A stretch of 64,000 nt of DNA from Chiloscyllium plagiosum (GCF_004010195.1 NC_057722.1:33954798-34018797); one strand, 5' to 3'. Counted from the stretch's first letter, positions 26,293-40,425 are shown. Made by a program: numbers and translations. Notes: generated by a model from the letters alone, not told the origin.

Positions 26293-26852
26293 TTTATTGC
26301 CTTAATTAAAGCGCAACTATTTCTTCATACAGAAGTTTTATTCTATGGTGACTGGTCTCTGTATAAACGCAACTGGAAATTACACGTTGTGCAAGCACTC
26401 AAGGAGACATTACATTAGATCTAAATAGATAACAGGTCAGCATAACACAAAGATCTAGATTCAAGTTGAAAGATTCAATCAAATCTGAAAATGTGATCAT
26501 ATTAAATATTAGCTTCATACGAATGAATTGCAGTCAAGTCTCCTCAGTTGTATTATTATAATAATGTATCTTAATAGAAGACAACACAATCAAATTGTGA
26601 ACTATTTATTTGCAACTAATTATGTTAAATACATAACTTGTATTTTTTTGCCAGCAAGTTAACTTCAGAAACATAACACCAATATTTACACAAAGGAATG
26701 TTACATTAAGATATGTTAAGGCGCAAATTCTTTTGGCTTTGTTTTGGATACAATAGTAATAGCAAAAGTTATGCAATTTTTTTTAAAACGAGAAATCATG
26801 ATTAGCTACAATGTTTTACAAAAATATGGTGCAAGTTGACAATTATTTTATT
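26293..26852 (-). terminator. PDCD10 3' UTR polyadenylation signals
   Basis: AATAAA on the minus strand at 26847-26852, 26605-26610 and 26293-26298 in an AT-rich, repeat-free stretch downstream of the stop. Confidence 0.55.
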
Positions 26853-26969
26853 CAACATTTTCAAGTTCTGAAATGGATGTGTTAATTTACACAGTTGTAA
26901 CTATTTAAATTTACATATAAAGGTCAACCTTTTAAGATTGAAAATTAAAAAGCTTCACAAATGGAGGTT

Positions 26970-27143
<174 letters not shown>

Positions 27144-27226
27144 CTACTCAAATTGCTAAAAATAAGGCTAATGTATTGGGAAATGCAAGAGCAGACTATT
27201 TTAATCAATAAAATTTACACAGCCAG

Positions 27227-28670
27227 GAAGGAGAGATCACATCCAGAGAGAGATCCAGCCTAAGTGAGTATATAGTTCAGGGACTCTACAGGCAACGTTG
27301 GGGAGAGCTTAGTGCAGAGAGGAAGAGGTGCTTTTAAAACGTGCTTTTTTGGCTGATAGTTTGTCAGTTTTGTAAAAAAAAAAAGGAAAAACTGGAACCC
27401 AGCATCAGTATCCCAGCAGAAAATAATATCACATGTAAGCTACAGGTTCATTGGTTGGTGACAGTTACTAATTTGACAATTGTAACTTATTTTTAGATTG
27501 AAGGCAATTAAGGGAAATATTTACAGGTTACAAACTAAAAGACTAATAGGAAATTTTTAGAAATCAGATTAAGAACTAAGTAAGTAAAATAAAGATGCAG
27601 AACAGGCAATGTATTGTACATGCATGATGTGGGAACTGGAGGATCATATTGTGTTTCTAGTGACCATATGTAGCAAGTGTTGGTTGCTTGAAGATCTCGG
27701 ATTCAGATTTGATGAGCTGGAGTCTGAGCTTTGAACACAGACATCAGAGAGAATTACATGAATGCTGTGTTTCAGGAGATAGTCACATTCCTTAGAAAAG
27801 CTGCCTCGAATTCAGTCAGTGGTCAGGAACAGGAGGGTGTGACTACCAGCAAGGCAGGTAGAGGGATCCTGGAGGTAATGCTAAAGGTGCCTCAGCCTTT
27901 CAGCTTGTCTAACAGATTTGCAATTCTTGTTGCCTGTGTGCATGAGAGTGGGGGCTATAGGGAGGATGACTAAACTGACAAAGCTCCATGATATAGGAAG
28001 TCAATCAAGCGTGTGGAGAAAAATGTAGTTGTAATCGAGGTTAGTATAGTTTGGGGAATAGACACTGATCTGTGTCCAGGATTGAGAGTCCTGAAGGCTA
28101 CATTGCCTGCCTGGTGTACAGATTCAGGATATCTCATTTGGGCTGCAGGCAAACTTGGAGCAGTAGGAAGAATAGAGGTGTAGACTATTTTCCAAATAGG
28201 GAAACGCTTCAGAAATCTGAAGCACAAAAGGGACTTGGGATTCTCTAAAGGTTAACATACAGGTTCAGTTGACAGGAAGGCAAATGGAATATAAGCATTC
28301 CATTTCAAGAGGGTGAGAATACAACAGTGGGCATGTGTTGCTGAGGCTGTACAAGGCTCTGGTCAGACCCACACTTGGAACACTGAGCAGTTTCAAAGTG
28401 AACAGACAACTGTTTAGAACTGAGATTGGGTGGAATTTCTTCAGCCAAAGGGAGGCTAACCTGTGGAATTCATTGCCACAGACAGCCATGGAGGCCAGGA
28501 CATTAAGCGTGTTTAAGACAGAGGTATACTGGTTCTTGTTTTGTAAAGGGATCAAAGGTAATGGGGAGAAGGCAGGATAATGGAATTGAGAAACATATCA
28601 GCCATGATCAAATGACGGAGCAGACCTGATGGGCCGAATGGCCTAGTTCTGCTCCTATATCTGATTGTCT
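27227..28670 (+). mobile_element. Heavily deleted CR1 (5' UTR and ORF1 remnant fused to the ORF2 3' end)
   Basis: ORF1-like CSKCWLLEDL..DELESEL and PFSLSNRFAIL pieces, then LLRLYKALVRP and NFFSQR..NLWNSLP, ending in TGGGCCGAATGGCCT. Confidence 0.7.
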
Positions 28671-28989
28671 TTTAATTTTCAAAACTCTTAACTGGAACAG
28701 TGTAGAACTGGCAACATGACCCAACCTGGAATGCGATGAACTATCTCCAAGTTATAGTTACATAATATCGATTAATGTTGATTGTATTAACAGAAACAAA
28801 CCTTCTTGTGAAATACAAACGTCACTTATTTTAAAGGCAGCCAAATTGATGTTTCCTATCAATTGTACTATCATATTATTTGCATTTTTACTTAAATATT
28901 TAAAACTATTGCAGCAACAGCAAACTAAATTTAAGCTGATAGTACAAATGCAAAAGCAATACAATTGCTCATCTTACTGTAATACTTAC

Positions 28990-29072
28990 TTTCCATCTTT
29001 AAAGTAGGTTTTTAAAGTGTCACTGAAGCTTTTGGAGTATTTGACAAATTCTTTCTTTTGGTGATCAAGCGC
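28990..29072 (-). CDS. PDCD10: PDCD10 coding exon 6: ALDHQKKEFVKYSKSFSDTLKTYFKDGK
   Basis: 83 nt, TTTTAG acceptor and GTAAGT donor, phase 0/2. Confidence 0.97.
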
Positions 29073-29598
29073 CTAAAAGTGACAAAATTTAATTTAATCA
29101 AGTTTTAAAGGTTTACACACAAGCTTAAAAAAAGTGTCTTGCCTGTTTAGCCATCCAAATAAGCAGTTACTGGCTGTGAATTAATGGATGCATTTCTTCA
29201 AAATATTATGTGCAGATGCTACACATCCATGAAATGCACAATGTTACAGATCAACCCGAGTTACATCATTAAAAAATGGTAATGAGTCAGCAGTTTATCA
29301 AAGTATTTCATATTCAATTAACATTTTGTGATGATTCAATATAATTTTCACAAGCAGAGATGTTAGAAATTTCACATTAACAAGGACTTGAAAGAAACAG
29401 TGACAAAAGTGAAATAGTGATAATACAGCTTGATAGCTCGATGTCTCAGGAACAGCTTGAACCAAGCAGCTTCAAGCACTTTTTACCAGAATAATACACT
29501 GGAAATGTATGTAGTCCTTGAACAGTTCTCACACTATAAACCTTATCAACTGGTTTAATTGACAACATTTATATTGTGGGGTCTCTGGGCATTTTTTA

Positions 29599-29715
<117 letters not shown>

Positions 29716-29789
29716 TTAATAAACTTAACCAGTGCCATAAAAACTGAGAGAACTGCGGATGCTGTAAATTAGAAACAAAAACAGAAATC

Positions 29790-30545
29790 GCTGGGAAGAC
29801 CTAATTGCCATGTTTCACTTGGGTAGGACAATGAAGGTGATAATGGGAGGACCCTGGGACGCACCAAGGGTTTGAGGGACCTTGTTGTTCAAGTCCAACA
29901 TTCCCTTAAGGATCAAGGTGGGATCGATAAAGTAGCTAAGGTGACATGAGATACTTGCCTTTATTTTCTGAAATGAGCTTAATAGCAGGGAGGTTAGGCT
30001 ATAAAAAGCTGGTTAAACTTCAGCTAGATTATTATATGCAATTCTGGAATCTACATAATAGATTAGAGATGACTGCACTAGATGGGATACAGAGGAAATT
30101 TATCAGAATACTATCTGAGATGGAGAATTTTAGTTGTGATGGGAATTGGGTAGACTGGGCTTTGCTTCATTGGATCAGAAGATACAGATGGGGGAACATG
30201 ATTAAGATGTATAAAATTGGGAGAGGCATGGCCAGAGTACATAGGAATAAACCTTTTCCCCTGGTGGAGGGATCAATGACCAAGAGCTGGAGATTTGAAG
30301 GTAAAGGGTAGGAGGGTTAGAGGGGATGAAAGGAAAGCTTTTTCACCCAGAGGTGGTGGGAACGAGAACTCACTACCTGCAAGGTTGGTAAAGGGCAGAA
30401 ACCCTCAACATTTAAGCAGTATTTAGATATACTAGCAATACTTAGGCATACAAAATTGTGGACCAGATGCTGGAAAATAGGATTAGAACAATGAGGTGGT
30501 TGTTTTTAAACCAGAGCAGTTGGAGGGCTTTTTACTGTGCTGTGG
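29790..30545 (+). mobile_element. CR1 LINE 3' fragment
   Basis: LVKLQLDYYMQFW..ALDGIQRKFIRIL..IKMYKI. Confidence 0.75.
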
Positions 30546-31460
30546 ACCCGAGTCCAAGCTAAGTTAGGTAAACCATGTATTGTCAAGCTTCAAAGTGCAG
30601 CTAACTACATTGAAATTAGATATTGGCTACTTTCAAACAGAATATCAAATTAGCAGCTCCTCATAACTTTGAATAAGACCATAAGATGTAGGAGCAGAAG
30701 CAGCCATTCAAGCCCACTCAATTTGCTCCACCATTCCACAAGATCATGGCGGATCTGATGATCCTCAATTCCACCTTCCTGCCTTTTACTCAAACCATTG
30801 ATTCCTTTACTGATTTAAAAAAAAACCTAACAGTCTCTGAATAAACTTTTAGTAAAAGTATCCCACTGAATCAAAACCCTCATAAGAAATTCCTCATCGG
30901 TCTTAAATGGGCAAAGAAATTTGACTACTTGATCTCTACGAGCACTTAGTGTGAAGCATGCCTACAGAAATAAATGTATGTTTACATGTCATAATCTATA
31001 GCAACCTATTTAAAAATAAATTTGGGTTGAGTTGCAATGAGAATCTTAAGAAAATGAAGGGAGTGTGCTGAAAGTGGTGGATGCTGAAAGGGGGCTTCTT
31101 TGTCCTGGATGGCGTAAAGCTTGAGTATTGCTAAAGTTGCACTTATCCAGGCAAATACAGAATATTCCATTAGACATCTGATATGTATAAAAGGAAGTAT
31201 TTCACTCACTGCAGAATTCTTAGAATTTGACTGGAACATAACCAGTCATGAAAAAATAAAGTTTATGAAGCTCTCTTGTACTATTCTAGCTCACCTAAAC
31301 CTAAACATACAACAGCATTTTGAACACCTCAATTAGACTCTACTACTTTTTAATTAATATCTGAGTAGGTAAAGGGGAGTGATTTAAAGTTATTGACTTA
31401 GACTGGTGGAAAACAGGAACCATGTTTCACATGGATTAGTGCTGGGATCATGATTTTTCA

Positions 31461-31561
31461 AGAGAAAACCCCAAATTACTGGAAAAACTCAGCAGGTCTG
31501 GTAGCATCTATGGAGATAAAGCAGAGTTAACATTTCAGGTCTGGTGACCCTTCTTCAGAAG
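31461..31561 (-). mobile_element. Short Penelope-derived insertion with a hammerhead core and 11-bp TSD
   Basis: ATGATTTTTCA at 31450-31460 and 31562-31572. Minus strand CTGAAGA-A-GGGTC-ACCA-GACCT-GAAA at 31533-31558. Confidence 0.75.
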
Positions 31562-32495
31562 ATGATTTTTCATCCTCCACAGAAATGATTTGGATTCAAT
31601 ATTTGGAAGTACCTTTCCAAAATTTGTGGATGACAGCATCTTTGAGGGGTATAGCTAATGCAAAGCAAAAAAAAAAGAGTTGAACAAAATACACGACATC
31701 AACACATTTGTGGAACAGAACTGTAAAATGACAAGGAAACTTCCTTTAAAAAGTTTTGAGGTGGTACATTTAGTTAGGAGCTGGAAGGAAAAACCAGATA
31801 CTCTGCGAAAAACAAGAGTCTGAAAGGATTGGAATCAGGGGAAACAGATTATTAAAATGTACCAACTCAATAAGGCCACTATAAATGAAAAGCTATTGTG
31901 GTACATTTCTACAGAAATACAACTGGAAAACAGAAGTTGTTAAATTCACAACAACGTTGAAAGAGAACTTTATTACATGGAATACTCTGCACAATTCTGG
32001 TCCCTAAATTTAAAAACAAACCGTTTCGGTACCAGAGAAGGGGCAAAAACAGACTAAAATCTTAACGCCAGAACTGAGAGATCATAACCATCATTTAAAG
32101 AACTGAACAGTTTGAGGCTTTTCTCTTTCAAATGGGAACAGTGCCTGATAGAGATCACAAAGGAGTTGGTAAAGTAGACAAAAGATAGCTTCATTCATGA
32201 GGGAATCTAAAACTAGGATTCACAAATGCAACAGTCATGAGTCGACCCAATCAAGGAATTAGAGGAACTTCTTTGCTATAGTGTTTGGATTGTGGGATTT
32301 GGTGCTGCTGGTAGTTGTCAATGAGGCAAATTTCACAGATGTCTTTCAGGTGAAGCTAAGGAGGTACACTAAGGAGAAATTTGCAGAGAATATGTTGATT
32401 GGTGAGATAAATTAGAATGGGAAATGAAAATATAATACATGCAGGGAAGCTTGATTTCAAATTTGGCAGGTTTGTTACACATTCACAATACCTAC

Positions 32496-32622
32496 TTGAT
32501 TGTCTGAAGAAATCTGACCCTATCATTGATCTCATCAGGAATTTTGCTGAGAATGTGTTTCAGTGCTCGTGCTTTTTCATTTAGCTCCCGGAATTCTGGT
32601 TCCTGTCTGTCAATCATGTACT
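32496..32622 (-). CDS. PDCD10: PDCD10 coding exon 4: [43 protein letters not shown]
   Basis: 127 nt, CATAG acceptor and GTAGG donor, phase 1/2. Also visible in the ORF track at 32492-32752. Confidence 0.97.
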
Positions 32623-33679
32623 CTATGAAAACAAAATAATGAGAAAGAAAATCAGCTTTCAAGAAAAATGAGCCTAATAGAATTAATAGTTTTAATTTAT
32701 ATATTTCCGAACATGTCTCTGGCACTTCAGTGAAATGAGACATCTTCAGCACAGTACAAAAGTTTAAATTAGGCCTTTAATTATATAATGCTTATCATAG
32801 CATCCTCAAGCTGCTCTTGTGTTTTGTTTAGTGTCATGCCAGGTTTGTTAGCTAATTTAATATCATTGATGATAATATAAAATAAATTTCCTTCATTCAG
32901 CATGTCGATAGCTGGGAATACCCAATGAGAAAAGGTTGTGCACTAATTGCCAGTGACAATGAATATTAAGTCACATTGTGACATCTGCTTAAAATGTAAA
33001 AGCCAACGTCAGACTATCAAAGCAACTTCTGAACTTGTACTTGTATTTTAAGGGTTAAAGACAGGACCTGTTCAAGGGAATTCCAATTGAGGCTTTGATG
33101 CCAAAATAATCCTTATTTGGCAACAGATTGTAAAGCTATGGGGGGCACGGGAACAAGTAAAATAAATTATTCAAAAAGGGAATTATGCAGGAAGGAACTG
33201 GGATTAGTTATACTTTACTGCAAGAATTTAAAAAATACAATGAATACTAGAGGCTAGCTTCAGGTAAATTTAAAGAAGGAAATTATAAACAAACTTGCAA
33301 AATATACAAGAATCAAGTGAAGCTAGAAATTACCAACATTGGTGAATGTAGTTTTAAAAAAAAAAACAGAAAAGGCAACATTAAATAATAAAAGTGCCTT
33401 AATCGTTTGCATGGTATAATTGAAACTACATCCAAAGTTCCAATCTGGTGTTTCCGCCTCTCTCAAAAGCACAAGAAATAACATACTCAAGCTCAAACGC
33501 GAAAGATGAAATATTCAGATTATTGCTGTATCCAATTAAATACAAAAACTGTCAAACAATGAAGATACCCAAATCAATGCCAAATAGAAACTCCATTTTA
33601 ATTTAATATAGATCAGAATTCTTAAATACTTCAAATAATAAATTCTTCAGATTTAAGAGCTCTTCGCAGCATTGTGCGT

Positions 33680-33941
33680 TCAAAGTTTGTGAGAAGATTT
33701 GTAGCTCAGGTGCTCGTTGCTGTGGTTCTGTTCGCCGAGCTGGAAGTTTTTGTTGCAAACGTTTCGTCCCCTGTCTAGGTGACATCCTCAGTGCTTGGGA
33801 GCCTCCTGTGAAGCGCTTCTGTGGTGTTTCCTCCGGCATTTATAGTGGCACAGGAGGCTCTCAAGCACTGAGGATGTCACCTAGACAGGGGACGAAACGT
33901 TTGCAACAAAAACTTCCAGCTCGGCGAACAGAACCACAGCA
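33680..33941. mobile_element. Fold-back Penelope pLTR-derived element (93-bp inverted repeat, 14-bp TSD)
   Basis: Arms 33718-33810 and 33849-33941 differ at one position. GCAGCATTGTGCGT at 33666-33679 and 33939-33952. Confidence 0.9.
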
Positions 33942-35865
33942 GCATTGTGCGTGTTGGGTGTGGGATGCGACGCCACATCAGCTTTAGTGCATTACACTAT
34001 TATTCGAAGTTTTGTATCATCTATTGTCTCCAACCCCAATAGGTTGGGAAGCCAGGTCTCAGTTTAATAAATTGGTCTACTGTGCTAAACCTAATTAAGC
34101 AAAGGTAGTAGACAGAGAGACATCTTTATCTACTTCACAGTTTTAAAATGAATATTGAAGTATAGTGATCATCAGTGCATTATATGCATCACACTACAAT
34201 TCTGCAACAACTCAAGACATCAACAAATTGAACTCTTCAGTGTTCTTACAAGGAAGACAGAAGAACTGCCAGTGCAAACTCATCACCTGACTCAGTACAA
34301 TGTGGATCACACTGCAGTCCTAACATTTTATCTTTGCATATGGCATTGATCTGGGAATGCAAAGTACCCAAATGGAAAGTACCCTGTTAACCTGCTCTAC
34401 TATCTGACACCGTTTAAACTTTTTAAACTTTAATATTAAAGAAGTTTTACAATTTGATATGAATAATATTTAACGTGTAAAGTTCAATTCACTGCTATAC
34501 TTCCAGGTACAGAAATATACTCATGATACTGTATAACAAATCTGATGGAGCTGCAAGATGAATTTTGACTAAATTGTTAGCTATGTTCAGGATATATCTG
34601 CTCCTTACTTCCCATACACAATACATTGTGGATTAACTGATTATATTTGACTTACAGAACAACTAATGAAAAAAAAAACATTTTTGTGGCATTTTGCTAC
34701 GCCACCATGTTTAAAATAATTTAACTAAAATATTCAGTACAATAATTCAACAAGGTGATATGATAGCAGAGCAGGTAACATGATACTTTCCATTCAAGTA
34801 CTTTCAATTCTCAGTTATTAAAGTTGAATGCAAAATAAATTTCTCGAGACTCTTTTCCAGACAAATAATGCAATAAATATTTCTATAAATCTTTAACAAA
34901 ATAAAGTTCCCAAGATACTAGGCAATCAGCTGTTCGTACTAGGAAAGGACATCAGCACAGGAAACAAAGTTTGATCAAGTCGCAAGTTTAAGAAATGTCT
35001 TAAAGGAAGAGAGATAATGAAATTTAGTGCTGGAATTTCACAGTTTAAGGCTTCGATGGACAAGATATTGCTTTCAGTAGTTGGAACGAGGGTAGTAGGA
35101 CATGCATCAGGAACTAGAAAGTGGAACTAAACAGAGATCAGAAGGGCTTGTTGGGCAGGAGGAGAGTAAAGCAGCTTTTGTTAGATTGTTAGCTAGTTGT
35201 CAATATATACATAGAATTTGAGAGTTTTCTGTTATGGGCTTAGAAGTTTCATCTTTACAATCCAACATCACACAGAGGTGAAAAAGGCCATGGTCAGCCT
35301 GAGCCTAAAGTCGAATTTTAATTTGTGGATGAATTGTTTAAATAACAAATTGAAATATTTAGTCATAACTGGAGAATTCAATTCCAAACTCGGTACTTGT
35401 CGGTCACGTAACACTTGCTATGGTCACGCATGGATTAGTCATTTGTAAACTCTACTGTACTCAAGGAAAATTTGTTTTGAACAAGTGTTTCTTCCATGCA
35501 AAGCAAATTTGAGGGGAATGTTTACATCAGATAACGGCTCTTAAAAGAATGCAAGAGCCTTATAACCAGCCCCATTCTAGACTGGCTCCTGTAATAATAT
35601 TCAGCAGCATGAGCAGATGAAACTTGACAAAATACAGACTATTACTTTACATCTTCCTTTGTTTGCACTTCATGATGCAGCTGTACAGTATTTGAGATTA
35701 AATGAACAGCCTTAAATGTATTGGTTCAATGAAGAAACTAAATTTAATGTTCTAACAGATTCAAAGGAGAACTGTCAAGAAGATGTAGGCATGTGCTAAG
35801 TGAAAAACAGCAATTTAAAGACACTGAAGTTTGGTAAAGGGTATTTTTGTTACTTGCTACATTTA

Positions 35866-36009
<144 letters not shown>

Positions 36010-37671
36010 CTAAATTAAAGAGAGATCATCAATGCACCAAGTGATTCTGAACATGTACTATATTCCATCCAATCCAATTACACTTGAGCTAGAGTTTTGG
36101 AGCACAAAATTATTATTTTTAAAATAGCCTATGGATGATCTTACAAGGACAGGCAAAGTCAACAAAGTTTAATATAGTTGGCTATATTAAATATAGTTGA
36201 CTATATTAAATTATGTTAAATTAGTCCAAAATTAAACAGGTTAACATACAGTCTTTGTTTATAAAATACTTTATACAGAATTAACAGATGAATTATTTAC
36301 ATGAGAACTTAAGGTCAGATTTAGCCACAAAGTTCAGGCATTCCATTAAATTGACATAACTTGGGTTATAATGAATTTTGATTTATTGACAACTAACAGA
36401 AGCACAGCTGCATCTCATGGGAGTTTATTTTATGACTTTTGCAAAAAAACAGCTCAAGGACAGCAATTACAGGCTAGACTTGAATATATCTATCCAGTTT
36501 TTCCAAGAGTTTGCTTCAAGAGCCAAAATGTCTTTACCTTTTCAAAAAAAAAGACTTCATTATGTTTTACATACTTGTCAAATACAGATGTGAGAGAGCA
36601 CTGTATAAATTATCAACATGTGCCTTGTGTTTAAAAAAAAGCATTTTGAAAGTTGCAGTATAATCAGAGGTCACAGTAGATTGGATTGATCTCTATGCTA
36701 TTCCCAAGACAATTAGCATAGAAAAGCAAGCAAAAAAAACGCAACTGTACTTGGATTCTTCTTGCCATGGGAACTGAATAAGGCTTTGTTTCTCTACATA
36801 CCATGTGGATATATTATCGCTACAAAAACAAATGGCATTCAATTAAATACGCCCAAGTTAATCCAGTTTTTAAAATCTGATCTGTAGGCCCCAGTTCTCT
36901 GGTCTCAAAGTCCTAATGAATAAATAAGTTCAGCTACTTGCTGAATCAGGACAATGAATACAACAGCAATGATAGAGAGTCTGATATTAAAGCCACAATT
37001 ACTTTTAAATACAAAGTATGATATTGTTTCAGGACACTACCAAAATCTGTTCAAGTAAAACATTTTAATCTTCTGACAAAAATTGGAAGACTGAAACAAA
37101 CTAATTTTAATTGGAAAATGAAAACGTGAGCATGCAAAAATAAGTCTGGAATGACTATAACTCAAAGTGAAAGAAATGGTAGGCAGATTTTTAAAGTTAA
37201 TTTGTGGGATCCCAATAATTATATAATATTGGGTTCTTCATCATTATGCACTCAGGGGAGTGATTATTGCCAACTATTTTCTTCAGTCATACTTGTTTCC
37301 CCATCAAAAAAATGCACTTACCTGTTAATTTCATATTAGGAGTTTAAGCTACAATGTTGAACAGTGCTACTTGATCACCACTGTAGCAAAGGCAATCCTG
37401 AGAGTGAAAACTTCTAAAATTTCATGGGACTTCAAGCATTTTGTTTCAACACAAATGAAATAGAGAATGTGCAAAGTTATACATCAAGCTTTAAAAATAA
37501 AGGTATTAGCCAGAAATCAATTAATTTAAAATAAAAATATACTGTACTTGTAAAGGAGCTATAAAAAGAGAGAGAATGAGGGAGGGAGAGACACTAAACA
37601 TGAGAAGGAATAAGCATAAATGTGAAAGAGTACAAGACATAGTGCATAAAAGTTACAAAAGACTGATGAGT

Positions 37672-37673
<2 letters not shown>

Positions 37674-37702
<29 letters not shown>
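37674..37702 (+). repeat. Poly-G tract (29 G)
   Basis: Read directly from the sequence. Confidence 0.9.
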
Positions 37703-38175
37703 AAGAGAAAGAGAGTGGAGGTTTGAGTGATCCATGAGGATCTCTGCTTAGGACTGTAATTCGCATTATTAGATCCGCTCAAATACAAAGCCATTGTTCA
37801 GAGCTTGAGTGTCATTCAGGCAAAAAAAAGTGTTATTTCGTTGAGTAAAGAGGGAGTTTCTCACATTCTAGGCTAAATTTTATTCATGTGTAGAATAATT
37901 AACCAGATAACATTCTGAAATCAACTTTTGCTCTATGAATGCATTGTAGTATCCCACTATAATTTTGTTAAACAACCCAAATATTTTGGTTAAATTTAAA
38001 ACATATGCAATATGAGGAACACTAAACCAACTCTTATAAGGAGTAGAGGGCGATTAACAACCTCATTGACAAATTTAATATTTGCCTCATTATTTCCATA
38101 ATGGAAAGTTGCTTAACATTTAAATGTTATTGTAGTAAGCAGTCTGCATTTGTAAATCAACAAGTATTGAGTATT

Positions 38176-40022
38176 AACGAGTTGTGAGAAGATTTGCAGC
38201 TCATGTTGAAGTTCTGGATGTAGGTTTGCTCACTGAGCTGGAAGGTTCAGTTTCAGACGTTTCGTCACATACTAAGTAACATCAGTGAGCTTCCAGATGA
38301 AGCACTGGTGGTATGGCCCACTTTTTATTTATGTGTGTAGGTTCCCTTGGATTGGTGATGCCATTTCCTGTTCTTATTCTCAGGGGGTGGTAAATCGGAT
38401 TCAAGTCAATGTGTTTGTTGATAGAGTTCCTGTTGGAATACCATGCTTTTATGAATTCTCATGCGGGTCTCTGTTTGGCTTCTCCTAGGACGGATGTGTT
38501 GTCCCAGTCGAAGTGGTGCCCTTCCTCATCTGTATGTAAAGATACTAGTGAGAGTGGGAGCCCTCTCAGGAGCCATAGTCTCACTACCGGATACACCAAC
38601 TTACAGGTTAGTCAAGGAGCTACACCAAAGATTAAAACACTTAGTAGAAGACTCATGTCACTCTATCCACTCTACCCAAGAATTCCTGAAGACCAAAGTC
38701 ACCAAGATAGAAGAGGATGAAATAACGATCTCCTTTGACGTAATAGCCCTGTTCACATCAATCAACATCAACTTGGCCACTGACTACACTATTTGAAGAA
38801 CCAAAAGACACGTACACCAAATATCACCAACTTCATCAGCAAGGACAACATAGTCAAGCTAGTGGACCTATGCCTTACCATCCACTTTACCTTCAAAACA
38901 AAACCTAAAGACAAACCAATGGAGTACCCAGGGACTCTCCGATATCAGGGTTCTTAGCAGAGGCAGTAATGCAGAGACTCTAACAAACAGCTCTGCCAAC
39001 CATCCAACCCAAACTTTGGGCCCGCTACGTGGATGACACCTTTGTCATCACTAAATGAAACCTTCAAGACCATCAATTGTACGCTTACTGGCATAAAATT
39101 AACTACAGGAGGAAAACAACAAACTGCCATTCCTAGATGTTGCAGTAGAGTGAACAGTCAATGGGGAATTTCAAACCAGCATATACAATGGACCAAATAT
39201 TGAACTACAGAAGCCACCATGCCAACATCCACAAAAGCTGCATTAGAACATTATTTCAATGAGCCATCACACACTGCAGCACAGAAAATACGCAGAACAG
39301 AGGAAAACCACCTACACAGTGTATTCAAAAAGAACGAGTACCCAATGAACATGGTCCGCTGATTTCTCAGCAACAAATCCAAATAAGCAGACAAAACATG
39401 TCCAGAAACCTTAGCCTCACTCCCCTACGTTAAAGGCATCTCAGAAATGACTGCCAGACTACTCAGACCTCTTGGCATCATAGTAGCCGACGAACCCACC
39501 AACACACTAAAACAGCAGCTAACGAACTTGAAGGACCCTATATGACAACAAGCAAAAATAATGTCATTTATAAAATACGTTGCAAGAACTGTAACAAACA
39601 TTACCTTGGATAAACAGGCAGAAAAACTAGCCACCTGGATACATGAACATCAACTATCCACAAAAGGACATGACTCACTCTCACTAGTATCTTCACATAC
39701 AAATGAGGAAGGACACCACTTTGACTAGGACAACACATCCATCCTAGGTCAAGCCAAACAGAGACCCACATGAGAATTCCTAGAAGCATGGCATTCCAAC
39801 CGGAACTCTATCAACAAACACATTAACTTGGATCCCATTTACCACCCCCTGAGAAAAAGAACAGGAAATGACATCACCAACCCAAGGAATCCTAAACACA
39901 AGTAAAAAGTGGGCCAGACAATGAGTGCTTCATCCGGAGGCTCACTGATGACGTTACCTAGTATGGTGACGAAATGTCTGAAACCGAACCTTTCAGCTCA
40001 GTGAGCAAACCTACATCCAGAA
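38176..40022 (+). mobile_element. 5'-truncated Penelope retroelement (RT + GIY-YIG) with an inverted upstream pLTR copy
   Basis: SFDVIALFTSINI, SPISGFLAEAVM, RYVDDTF and a GIY-YIG remnant. 38200-38555 is a diverged reverse complement of about 39680-40022. Hammerhead TCA-CTGATGA-C-GTTACC..GGTGAC-GAAA-T-GTC-TGA at 39942-39981. Confidence 0.9.
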
Positions 40023-40286
40023 TTGTTGGAGTATATTTAAGATTGAGATGGATAGGTTCTTTCATATCAAGGATTATGGGGAGAAAGTTGGAGAATGGAG
40101 TTGAGAAACTTATCAGCCATGACTGAATGGCAGAGCAAACTCAACGGGCTGAATGGCCTAATTTCTGCTGTATCTTATGGTCTTATAATTTTGTTTCTGC
40201 ATACAAATTGATCAAGCAGAGAGTTTTGAAGAACACTTCCCTAATTTTTTCTAATTTCTTTATAAACAACTTTGAAATCCTTTTTT

Positions 40287-40425
40287 TTAGATTAGATTAC
40301 TTAGTGTGGAAACAGGCCCTCCGGCCCAACAAGTCCACACCGACCACCGAAGCCAGACCCATTCCCCTACATTTACCCCTGCACCTAACACTACGGGCAA
40401 TTTAGCATGGCCAATTCACCTAACC
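40287..40425 (-). mobile_element. HE1-like SINE 3' fragment
   Basis: (TTAGA)n tail then GTGTGGAAACAGGCCC...GGCAATTTAGCATGGCCAATTCACCTAACC. Confidence 0.75.
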
